From contig NZ_JAWCUA010000007.1 of assembly GCF_032461525.1 (NCBI RefSeq), positions 324,943-356,942 of the forward strand: a stretch of 32,000 bases of DNA, given 5' to 3'. The notes beneath the pieces are model-generated. The model did no database searches. It was not told the DNA's origin and saw nothing but the letters and a program-made list of their open reading frames with translations. The stretch is from Psychrosphaera aquimarina. Lineage in GTDB: Bacteria > Pseudomonadota > Gammaproteobacteria > Enterobacterales > Alteromonadaceae. Both the position numbers and the translations under genes were made by a program. Of the stretch, positions 1 through 8,081 are shown in pieces (the first letter of the stretch is position 1; the number at the start of each line of letters is the position of its first letter).

Positions 1-1212
1 ATTTAACGGCATTTTATCAATCAATACTTTGCCTTTATAAGTATCCCCTATTATTTTTTCAACTTCATCAAAGTATACTTTTTTTAGATGTATTAACTCT
101 GTTTTATTTAATTTTGTTAGGCATTTAGGATAATCTTGATTTGTTATATTTTTAGCTGATTCTATTACTTTACTTATAGTTAAAGGTTCACTCAAAGTAA
201 CAATACTATTATGTGTATCTAACATCGTTTCTAAAAGTGTTGAGCCAGACCTAGGAAAACCAATCATAAATACCATTGATTGCTGAGTATATTCAGTCCT
301 CTTTAAGTCTTTTAAATAAATAGAGTCATATTGTTTAATATGATCAATTCGGTCTGTAAAGTCATGCTTTTCTAAATTGAACTTGGCTAATTTATTGAAG
401 AGTTCAAACGAAATATCATAGTTTCCTAATTTCTCATGAGCCTGTGCAAGTAATTTTATATGGAGTAATTGAGGCTGGAACCAATTCGGTATCGAATCTT
501 GCTTTAGTCCAGTTAATAGCTTTATAACCTCATTATAGTCTTTATTTGCTAGAGCTAGACTTGCAACAAGTATTTTAAACCAAGTATGAGCTTCATATTT
601 CTCATATAATTGTAGAATTACAGCTTCTGCTTCTTTTACTTCATTCAACTCTATAAATAAAAGTACGATGTATACAATGTAACCTTCTTGAAGTGTATTT
701 AGGTATAATGAGTACTCCTGTACATACTTTAATGCTTCAGATTTATTAAATGTTTTAACTGCTAAATTACACAATAACTGCTGTAATCGCGGACAAAAAC
801 CGTCTTGAGTTAAAAGTCTAGATGCCATCATTTCTAGTTGTTCATAATCTTGAACCTTCCAACAAATTTCACAATATGCTTTTAATATTGTCACTGAAAC
901 TATTGTGTCATTTGTTACCAGTGTTTCATCAATCAAATTTTTAGCTTGTTTGAGGTTATTTTGGGATAGATACTCTTGTAACATTAATCTTAATACTTGA
1001 GATTTATCTTCATCTGTTGTCGCATATTTTTTTGCATCTTGAAGTGAGAGTAAGGCCAATTTTTCTTTTCCTACGTTACTCAAACAGCAAGCTTTTAAAA
1101 TAAGTAATTTAAATCTTTCACTTTGATTTACTAATTTTACTTTATTAAGTAATTTTAATGCCTTGTTATACTTTTTATCGTTAAACAATTTTGTCGATGC
1201 GTCTAAGGTCAT
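1..1212 (-). CDS. TPR-like repeat / sulfotransferase-family protein; the 3' end runs off the window and the N-terminal 404 codons are present
   Basis: Absent from the ORF track because there is no stop in the window. My own minus-strand translation from the ATG at 1212-1210 stays open for all 404 codons to base 1. It begins MTLDASTKLFNDKKYNKALKLL, followed by about 300 aa of helical-repeat-like sequence. It then reads SMVFMIGFPRSGSTLLETMLDTHNSIVTLSEP ... GKVLIDKMPLN. The GFPRSGSTLL loop matches the PAPS-binding motif of bacterial sulfotransferase-family proteins, which are often fused to TPRs. Confidence 0.6.
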   Translation of the reverse strand, partial: MTLDASTKLFNDKKYNKALKLLNKVKLVNQSERFKLLILKACCLSNVGKEKLALLSLQDAKKYATTDEDKSQVLRLMLQEYLSQNNLKQAKNLIDETLVTNDTIVSVTILKAYCEICWKVQDYEQLEMMASRLLTQDGFCPRLQQLLCNLAVKTFNKSEALKYVQEYSLYLNTLQEGYIVYIVLLFIELNEVKEAEAVILQLYEKYEAHTWFKILVASLALANKDYNEVIKLLTGLKQDSIPNWFQPQLLHIKLLAQAHEKLGNYDISFELFNKLAKFNLEKHDFTDRIDHIKQYDSIYLKDLKRTEYTQQSMVFMIGFPRSGSTLLETMLDTHNSIVTLSEPLTISKVIESAKNITNQDYPKCLTKLNKTELIHLKKVYFDEVEKIIGDTYKGKVLIDKMPLN

Positions 1213-1261
1213 TTTTGGCTCACAATCTATTAGTAAGAGACTAAAGTCTTATATATTTTAA

Positions 1262-2119
1262 CTACTTGTTATATTGCACATAGTCAATACCACATGGGGC
1301 AACATCAGATAGCCTGTATGATTGCTCTATTTGTTTTTTAACAAAATAAAAATCCTTGTTCTCTGAAAATAAATGCCCCGCTAAAGGCAATAATTTAACC
1401 CCATCAATAATATGCCTTGCTTGCCCATGTATTTTAAGCAACACAGTATCTGTTGAAATAACTTTCACGACTCCAAAACTATTGTCTGAAAAAGTACAAA
1501 CCCAATCACCTTCTTTAATTTTCTGAGTTTTAGCAAATAACCAAGTTTGCTGCTTTTGATAAGAATGAGGTAGTTTACTTTCTTCTTTTTCAATGAGAGT
1601 TTGGATTACTTGTTTATAAGGGGTTCCTACTGAAAAATTAGTATTTAAAATACCGTGAGGTATTCCATTTGAGCCCTCTATATAAGGGAGATCATTTATA
1701 TCAGTCATCGCAGTCTCTTGATTAATGCCATCACTAGGATAATCTTCCAATTCAATATTACTAATTGAAAAATCGTCCAATTCATAGCCATTACCGTTAG
1801 CTAAGATATTGCTATTTTCGATAAAGGTAATAAATTTGTCAGCTTCCAACATTTCTTCAAAATACCCTATGAATTCACCTAATGAATTAAATGATTCATT
1901 TTGCTCAACAATCCAGTTTAAATATTTTTTAGTTTCTGAAGGTGATTCAGATTTTAATAAATTCATTTGAACACTGAGCTGAGTTAAACGTCCATAAAAA
2001 CGAAAAAACTGACCTTCTTGCTGTTCAAAGAAATTAGATAATAAACTACCTAAGAACTGTTCCTTAGTATTATATTTTGAAAGTGACTTGCAATCGTCAT
2101 TACAAGTGAACCTTGTCAT
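1262..2119 (-). CDS. hypothetical protein (285 aa), no family recognised; last gene of the fibre-locus operon
   Basis: Long ORF lying 20 nt downstream of the preceding ORF on the same strand. It has an acidic central region and no signal peptide if it starts at the ATG at 2119. Its frame stays open upstream to 2224. Confidence 0.5.
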   Translation of the reverse strand: MTRFTCNDDCKSLSKYNTKEQFLGSLLSNFFEQQEGQFFRFYGRLTQLSVQMNLLKSESPSETKKYLNWIVEQNESFNSLGEFIGYFEEMLEADKFITFIENSNILANGNGYELDDFSISNIELEDYPSDGINQETAMTDINDLPYIEGSNGIPHGILNTNFSVGTPYKQVIQTLIEKEESKLPHSYQKQQTWLFAKTQKIKEGDWVCTFSDNSFGVVKVISTDTVLLKIHGQARHIIDGVKLLPLAGHLFSENKDFYFVKKQIEQSYRLSDVAPCGIDYVQYNK

Positions 2120-2139
2120 AAACTGTGAAGATAATAAGT

Positions 2140-2391
2140 CTAAATCTGAATTACCATTAATTGGTGATAATTTAATATTTTTGAGCTCATAGTTCTCCCC
2201 CCAGTCCCTTCCACAACTTGTATGTTAGCGGTAATAGTTAAACCCCAATAGCTAAGTTCAATATTGCTATATCTGGCTAATTCTCTCCAAGCTGTTAGAT
2301 CTGCAGCATGACGATAACCAGCTTTGTCTAATTTTGTTTGGCACCCTAATAACAAAAGGAAGAATACTAAAACAATAGTTAACTTATACAA
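2140..2391 (-). CDS. small putative lipoprotein (83 aa)
   Basis: The N-terminus MYKLTIVLVFFLLLLGCQT has a lipobox (LLG-C). The ORF starts 1 nt after the stop of the upstream gene. The C-terminal ~20 aa look non-native and follow a G6 tract (see findings). Confidence 0.4.
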   Translation of the reverse strand: MYKLTIVLVFFLLLLGCQTKLDKAGYRHAADLTAWRELARYSNIELSYWGLTITANIQVVEGTGGRTMSSKILNYHQLMVIQI

Positions 2392-2392
2392 T

Positions 2393-2893
2393 TTAAGTCA
2401 CCTTATTATAATATATCAGTATGGCATTGTTTAATTCATATGACAGACTTCCGTTTAATCGGTCAGCAACAAATAATACCCCACCTAAATAAATGTCTAT
2501 AATCCCGGATGCGCCGCTATTAATAGTAACAAACTGGTTATATATCAGGTCTACCTGTTCAAGGTCTGATATAAATCGTCCCTTAGGCTGGTATGTTATA
2601 CCGTCATTTGCCACTTCTTCTCTTCTGTCCACTCTTATTTGATAATTTTCATTTGGGTTAACTGTCAATCTATAATGGCCAGGGGTTCCCACTGGGTTAC
2701 TATTACATAAACTACCAACACCAATTGCTGCTATATTTCCGGTATCCCAATCCATTTCACAACCACCTGCTACAGGTAGTAATTGACCAAAATTTATCTC
2801 ATCAATTTGCACCATAGTTGCTGCATAAGTTAAAGGTGAAAGAATCAATAGAAACCAGCTAGTAACAAAAAACGACTTGTCAAAAATACGCAT
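2393..2893 (-). CDS. secreted short fibre-subunit paralog (DUF4402 / spore-coat-U-like), candidate minor or tip subunit
   Basis: Signal peptide ...LSPLTYA|AT. It shares three elements with the 208- and 250-aa subunits: INFGQL near the N-terminus; a Cys pair (GGCEMDW, SLCNSN); and the tail IYLGGVLFVADRLNGSLSYELNNAILIYYN. It lies 1 nt downstream of the usher-like gene. Confidence 0.55.
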   Translation of the reverse strand: MRIFDKSFFVTSWFLLILSPLTYAATMVQIDEINFGQLLPVAGGCEMDWDTGNIAAIGVGSLCNSNPVGTPGHYRLTVNPNENYQIRVDRREEVANDGITYQPKGRFISDLEQVDLIYNQFVTINSGASGIIDIYLGGVLFVADRLNGSLSYELNNAILIYYNKVT

Positions 2894-2894
2894 A

Positions 2895-5800
2895 TTATTT
2901 ACTCCAAACGACTTCTAGGTAATTGTCAGTGTCTACTATAAAACCATCAACATTAAGCTTCCGTAGAAACAAGTTAGCTTCTTCTTTAGTAAAAAATGTT
3001 CGGCTAACAACACAATACAACGATTGTTGGCCAACCGTTTTAGTTGCAACATATAATTCATCCACTGTTTCTATGCCTTCAGCTAATTGTTTTGCATTTT
3101 CTAAATCATTCGCAGCAAGAAACTGTACTTTCCAACCTTGCAATATGTATTCCTCTGCGACTTGAGTTTTTACACGATAACCTAAACTTGAATAGTTAGC
3201 CTCACCAACCGCATTTGCTTCAATTTCTGATTCAAAAGGGCCTACCTCGAACCTATATACAATATTGCCTTCTGCGTTCATAGCACGATGTATCTTGTTA
3301 TTCACAATACCTTGGGATTTGATGTATCTTTTTAAACTTAGCAATGTTTTAAAATTCCCTACAGAGAGAAGGAAGTTTCTGGACTGTGACATTCCATCTA
3401 TTTGATTTATTGCTCCTTTGTCCACACCATAATTTAAAAACTCACGGCGCTTTTGAGCATTTAAAATGCGATTCCGAAGCGTTATTCTATTTTCCTGAGT
3501 AACTTGTTGCCTAACGCGCCTAAATTCACCTTCAGCCATTTGATCATAAGAATGCGGGGCGTTAAATCCACCTTTGGGAGGAAGGTGTATTAATTTTTCA
3601 TTACTATTAATTACTTGCTCATAGTTAGTATCATCTAACTTAATATTCATTAATGAAGATTGCACCAGTGTCGTGCTTTTCTCTCTTGTTAATTCAATGT
3701 TAGGTAAAAGTATAAATCCGCCAGTTAACGGAGCTTCAAAGGTAAATCCATAGAACTCCGTGTTATAGCCTTTATCTAACAACCAGTCCTTTTTTATATA
3801 AACCTGATAATTACCTGGTAATAAGTTCGAAAAGTGAACATAACCATCCATATCTGAATCAACAAAATACTCATCTCCAGTCGTTAAGTTTTTAGCTATA
3901 ATCGGCACAGCCGAAAGTATCTGGTTATCACCTTCAGTTATTAATGTAACAAAGAACTCAATTTCTATACTTAAATAAAATGGTAAGTTTATTACTTGCT
4001 GAGATCCTGGATGGCTATAAACCAAATATTTTTGGTTTAAGGTATCAGTTCCTGAAGTCCAACTAGAGCCTAATGCAGTAACCCCCGTTCTTGCCCCAAA
4101 CAATCTGGCTCTTCCGTTTTTATTAGTTGTGATATTTTCCCACCCTGGTCCTCCAGAAAAGGTAACACCTTGTAAATTATGATCTAATGCGTCCGGAATA
4201 CCATTTAGTCTTCGGTCTAGGTATGCATGAACATCAAGTGTCCCTTCACTCCTCATAGAGTTTCTAGAGATAGCTAACCTATCATTGTAATAGTCATAAC
4301 CAAAATTGAATGAGATACCAGCTCTAAGGTTCCATTGTTCATTTGAATTAACGGTAGTTCCAAAAGTAAAGAAGTGAGTTGGTTGTTTCCAAGCTAAGTT
4401 GTAACCAAACTGCCATATGTTTTGTTCACCAAAAGATCGACCAGATAAAAGTATATTTTGGTTCGTCGACTCAGTTCTTACGTTATAGTTTATTGATGCT
4501 GAAATTAAATCTCCATTAAACTCATCAATAGCGTTTACATCATATGGAATATCCATTTTGAAACGTAGATTTGAATCTAACTTTGACATGAAACTTATAT
4601 TGCCAAGACTAACAGTTCCTCCTTCATCAACCTTATTTACAAGAGTGTTCGATATATTAAAACCTTGACCTGCATAATTGATTCTATGTGTGAAACTGTT
4701 CAAAGCTTCATTGTCATACTCATCATAATTAAAGCTAAAATAATTTGTAATTTTATTAATTCTAAAATTATATGTTGCGTTTAAATTATATTCTGAAGCG
4801 ACTTCATCGCCGTTATTCTTTGAATTGTATTGTAAAATAAAGCTATCATTTGGTAAAAATGATGTTGCCACGCTAGAACGTTGCTCGACAATGTCTTCAT
4901 TTATACTGAGATTAGAAGTTAAGAACCACCCTGGCAGTGAAACTTGGTTTAATAAACTATAAATTACTCTCTGATTATCTTCATTATGGATATTGCTAAT
5001 GTTTGCTTTAGCACCAATCATCCAATTATCCAAAATACCATAATTGAAATCACCAGCGATAGCATCTAAGTTGAATTCATCTAGATTGACATTAAGAAGA
5101 GAACTATCGTACTCGAATAGACTAAGGTTAAAAGATTTATCCCCCTCAGCCAAAGCTGTTCTCCTTGCATCAATTTTTTCTATTAGCTCTTCACGTTCAC
5201 CATAAGGACCAAACATTACAATTTTAAATGTATTATTGCCAAAGAAAAGTTCAACATTGTTAATATCTATTACTCCATCGTCTGGAACAATAATTGATTT
5301 TAAAAATACGCCATTATGAAATATATCAGCTTCCCAACCTGGTCGGCCAATTTTCTCAAAACTCGTCTTAAAATTTTCATGGTAGTTTTTCGATGAATTT
5401 CTAGATAAAGATATACCTAGACCTCGACTTTCTTCGTTTGAAAGAGAAGCTGTTCGGCTATAAATATCACCAAAGCTATATTGGTCCCAGATTCCAAGAA
5501 ACTTTTCACCTTGATCCGACGGATAACGACTAAGTCGAGTATGCGTTAACAGCTCGTCATCTCTTTTCGTTAACGTAACCAATGTTGAGTGGTATGCAAA
5601 ATCTGATACCGACTGTAAACTACCATTTAGTGTTTCTGTTTGACCAGTATTTGTATAGTCAATAACCGCAGTTCCAGTGGGTACTGATGCCATTCTGTAA
5701 GTATCTTTAACAGTAATTACCCTTTGGTTTTGTAAATTGCTTTGCTCATTGTTTCTATCCACCAAATATTTATTAAATGACCTCTGCTTTTTATTTAATC

Positions 5801-5969
5801 TTATTTTTTTATACGGAAACTCTTCGGTATGACCGCTTAACTCAAGAGTAAGTTTACGTGTATCCGATATAGCTTTTGTTCCAAGTGACTGCTCTAATGT
5901 AGTTAAGGGTACATAAGTATAAACTCCATCATTAAACCAAAACTCTGTATTTTCAGATTGTATTTCCAC
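2895..5969 (-). CDS. usher-like outer-membrane protein, main body (beta-barrel region + CarboxypepD_reg-like domain + two SPOR-like repeats); lacks its own signal peptide and ATG
   Basis: A 1024-codon ORF that begins only at a GTG, although its frame is open back to 5995. Residues ~150-660 show a long run of beta-strand-like segments rich in N/Y/F/G. Residues ~665-760 (VPIIAKNLTTGDEYFVDSDMDGYVHFSNLLPGNYQVYI) resemble a carboxypeptidase-regulatory beta-sandwich. Residues ~865-1015 form two SPOR-like repeats (..LLSVGNF..YRFEVGPFESEIEANAV.. and ..WKVQFLAANDLENAKQLA..YCVVSRTFFTKEEANLFLRKL..). Its position after two chaperone genes matches an usher. Confidence 0.55.
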   Translation of the reverse strand: MEIQSENTEFWFNDGVYTYVPLTTLEQSLGTKAISDTRKLTLELSGHTEEFPYKKIRLNKKQRSFNKYLVDRNNEQSNLQNQRVITVKDTYRMASVPTGTAVIDYTNTGQTETLNGSLQSVSDFAYHSTLVTLTKRDDELLTHTRLSRYPSDQGEKFLGIWDQYSFGDIYSRTASLSNEESRGLGISLSRNSSKNYHENFKTSFEKIGRPGWEADIFHNGVFLKSIIVPDDGVIDINNVELFFGNNTFKIVMFGPYGEREELIEKIDARRTALAEGDKSFNLSLFEYDSSLLNVNLDEFNLDAIAGDFNYGILDNWMIGAKANISNIHNEDNQRVIYSLLNQVSLPGWFLTSNLSINEDIVEQRSSVATSFLPNDSFILQYNSKNNGDEVASEYNLNATYNFRINKITNYFSFNYDEYDNEALNSFTHRINYAGQGFNISNTLVNKVDEGGTVSLGNISFMSKLDSNLRFKMDIPYDVNAIDEFNGDLISASINYNVRTESTNQNILLSGRSFGEQNIWQFGYNLAWKQPTHFFTFGTTVNSNEQWNLRAGISFNFGYDYYNDRLAISRNSMRSEGTLDVHAYLDRRLNGIPDALDHNLQGVTFSGGPGWENITTNKNGRARLFGARTGVTALGSSWTSGTDTLNQKYLVYSHPGSQQVINLPFYLSIEIEFFVTLITEGDNQILSAVPIIAKNLTTGDEYFVDSDMDGYVHFSNLLPGNYQVYIKKDWLLDKGYNTEFYGFTFEAPLTGGFILLPNIELTREKSTTLVQSSLMNIKLDDTNYEQVINSNEKLIHLPPKGGFNAPHSYDQMAEGEFRRVRQQVTQENRITLRNRILNAQKRREFLNYGVDKGAINQIDGMSQSRNFLLSVGNFKTLLSLKRYIKSQGIVNNKIHRAMNAEGNIVYRFEVGPFESEIEANAVGEANYSSLGYRVKTQVAEEYILQGWKVQFLAANDLENAKQLAEGIETVDELYVATKTVGQQSLYCVVSRTFFTKEEANLFLRKLNVDGFIVDTDNYLEVVWSK

Positions 5970-6268
5970 CCCCTCAGAAAAAAGAATTTCTTTTTTTGTT
6001 CAAAGACTTCAATCTCTAAATTATTTTCCACAAATCGATACTTTACCCTTAAACTATCAAGTATTGGTGTAATAGCTATATACGTTTTGTCATCAATTAC
6101 GTAAGCGTCAATTGCACGAGCAATATTAAGCCCTTCATCTTTTACATCAAATAAATAAAACTCACCGAGCTCCAATTTAATAACATCTAACTTAGTAAGT
6201 GTTACGCCCATTAATTGTGTGCTAAACAAACAGAGTCCAAATATTAAAAGTTTTATAATTGAGTGCAT
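5903..6268 (-). CDS. N-terminal fragment of the usher-like protein (signal peptide plus N-terminal domain), separated from the main body by a frame change at an A7 tract
   Basis: It starts MHSIIKLLIFGLCLFSTQLMG (signal peptide) and begins 4 nt after the chaperone stop. After ...LEIEVFEQKK the frame runs into junk and stops at 5903. The -1 frame continues as EILFSEGVEIQSENTEFWF... into the 1024-aa ORF. Confidence 0.6.
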   Translation of the reverse strand: MHSIIKLLIFGLCLFSTQLMGVTLTKLDVIKLELGEFYLFDVKDEGLNIARAIDAYVIDDKTYIAITPILDSLRVKYRFVENNLEIEVFEQKKKFFFLRGWKYNLKIQSFGLMMEFILMYP

Positions 6269-6272
6269 AAGA

Positions 6273-7025
6273 TTAACCGCCTACTGGCGTCTCAGACTTT
6301 ATTTGTCCTGACTCCTTAAGCTCATTAAACATTATTTTTAAAGGTGAATCTGTGTCAGATTTTAGCTCAAGCTCAAGCTGTTTAGGCTTTTCTCCCGGGT
6401 AGTGAGATACCTTTTTCAATTCTTTTATTATACCTCCTGATTCCTGATATCCGATTGTCACATCTCCACTAACAGAGCGTTCTCCGGTAACTAACATCTC
6501 AGCAAAAACCTTAGTACCTACTTTTCTCACATTTGAAAAAGTTACTTGAGAATCAAGTTTTTTTGTTCTAACAATTAATGGGATGTTTTGTACCAATGTT
6601 GGTTTTATTTCCACTTTTTTAGTACTTTCTTCAGCTTGTCCTTTACAGATAACTGCAATCGCTCCGATATACTCTCCATCTTCAACACCTGGTTTACGTC
6701 TGTATATAGCTTTAAATTCTTGTACTTGCCTAAAATCGAGATTAAATCTACTTGGCGCAATTCTGACCATATTAACAGGACTAGGATTATTAATGCCGTC
6801 GCCTTCTGTTAAAGTTAATTTTCCATTCTTCACATCCAAGTTTCTAACTTCTATTTTACAAGTTAAAGGTTCATCATCTGAATTAATAACACTCATACTT
6901 GTACTCTGGACATCTGGAGATAAAAATAAACGTGTCGAAGTAACTGTAACAGATTCGACTGATACACTAATAAAACAAAATAGGAGCCCAAAACCAAGCT
7001 TTATAATATATTGCTTTGTATTCAT
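6273..7025 (-). CDS. PapD-like periplasmic fibre chaperone, paralog 2
   Basis: Signal peptide, then the first strand VTSTRLFLSPDVQSTSMSVINSDDEPLTCKI with a conserved Arg. A later segment, VRIAPSRFNLDFRQVQEFKAIY, resembles the chaperone motif f-v-x-PP-x-f-x-l-x-p-g-x-x-q-x-x-R. The size (about 250 aa) and two-domain layout fit, and it lies between another chaperone and the usher. Confidence 0.5.
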   Translation of the reverse strand: MNTKQYIIKLGFGLLFCFISVSVESVTVTSTRLFLSPDVQSTSMSVINSDDEPLTCKIEVRNLDVKNGKLTLTEGDGINNPSPVNMVRIAPSRFNLDFRQVQEFKAIYRRKPGVEDGEYIGAIAVICKGQAEESTKKVEIKPTLVQNIPLIVRTKKLDSQVTFSNVRKVGTKVFAEMLVTGERSVSGDVTIGYQESGGIIKELKKVSHYPGEKPKQLELELKSDTDSPLKIMFNELKESGQIKSETPVGG

Positions 7026-7037
7026 AAGAACGCTTCC

Positions 7038-7784
7038 TTAGATAGATAATTTAAAGGTTTTTTTATACTTATAGGATCCAGTTTCAACAAACTCAATCCC
7101 TATACCTTGCTCTGAAATGTATTTCGTTTGAATAGAAATTGCTAGTTTCTTCATATCCGAATACAGCACAGTGTTCTTTTTCAACTTTTCTAAACGCTTT
7201 CCATTATTATCAACTAAATATACATCACCGTATACTGACCGATTACCGCTATGGAGTAGGTTAATAGAGAACTCGTCTTGATCACGTTTCACAATTTCTA
7301 GATCAAGATCGACTGTATATTTTTTTGTATCACCAGTTCTCATAACTAAAGGTACAGCTAAATCTAATAATGTCGCAAATCGTCCCTGTCCATCTTCTAC
7401 ACTTGTTTGTTTACGACAGGAAAAAACGGCATAAGTCCTAACCTCATTACTCGAGTCGTTAGGAATTCTTCTATAAGAAAAAGAAATATATCTTGTTGAA
7501 TTTGGTTCAATAACGAAGCTCTTCGGTGAATATTTTACTCTAGCTAGAGCAGCTTTCGATAACTCGGCTTGTTCTTCAACTGTTAATTTTTTGACACCAC
7601 CAATACCGTCATAAAGCCTATTGTTAAATTTAATTTCACAAATTTCGGGAACTACGGACTTGTTCCTAATTGGAAACTTTTTATTGCGGTTATCTTCGTC
7701 AAGGTATATTCGAAAAGCTCCCAATGAAGCCGCCCCCGCATTAGATACCCAAACAAATAGAAGTAAAAAAAGTATCAGTTTCAT
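7038..7784 (-). CDS. PapD-like periplasmic fibre chaperone, paralog 1
   Basis: Signal peptide MKLILFLLLFVWVSNAGA, then LGAFRIYLDEDNRNKKFPIRNKS (first-strand Arg). A later segment reads VKYSPKSFVIEPNSTRYISFSYR. A GAGG ribosome-binding site lies 4 nt upstream of the ATG. Confidence 0.5.
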   Translation of the reverse strand: MKLILFLLLFVWVSNAGAASLGAFRIYLDEDNRNKKFPIRNKSVVPEICEIKFNNRLYDGIGGVKKLTVEEQAELSKAALARVKYSPKSFVIEPNSTRYISFSYRRIPNDSSNEVRTYAVFSCRKQTSVEDGQGRFATLLDLAVPLVMRTGDTKKYTVDLDLEIVKRDQDEFSINLLHSGNRSVYGDVYLVDNNGKRLEKLKKNTVLYSDMKKLAISIQTKYISEQGIGIEFVETGSYKYKKTFKLSI

Positions 7785-7855
7785 AAACCCTCAGTTAATT
7801 AAAATGTTGCTAATCGAATGGTTTAAAGCAAGTAAAGTACCAACTTTAAAAGACT

Positions 7856-7884
7856 AAATATAAATTTAAAGTGGAGCCGTAGCA
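7856..7884 (-). promoter_or_regulatory. possible sigma-70 promoter for the chaperone/usher genes (TTGCTA-17 nt-TATATT)
   Basis: On the minus strand TTGCTA lies at 7884-7879 and TATATT at 7861-7856, separated by a 17-nt spacer. This is about 70 nt upstream of the chaperone ATG. The region is AT-rich, so a chance match is quite possible. Confidence 0.25.
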
Positions 7885-8081
7885 ATTAAACGGTAGAAGA
7901 AAGAAGTTTGGTATAACGGTTACTAATAAGCTTTGAAACATCTTAATTTCAAATACTAAAAATACTTACATTTACTGTATTGTCAGATGAAAAAGTAAGA
8001 TATTGGGTACTAAAAAAATAATAAATTTAGAAGATGGTTGTAAAGTAGAAATTCTAATGATATTTATCTTTCAATAAATAC

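Noticed and set aside
6583-7041. Plus-strand ORFs of 152 aa and 74 aa overlapping the chaperone gene.
   Set aside because: They are antisense to a better-supported signal-peptide protein that fits the operon. In AT-rich DNA the opposite strand is easily open by chance.
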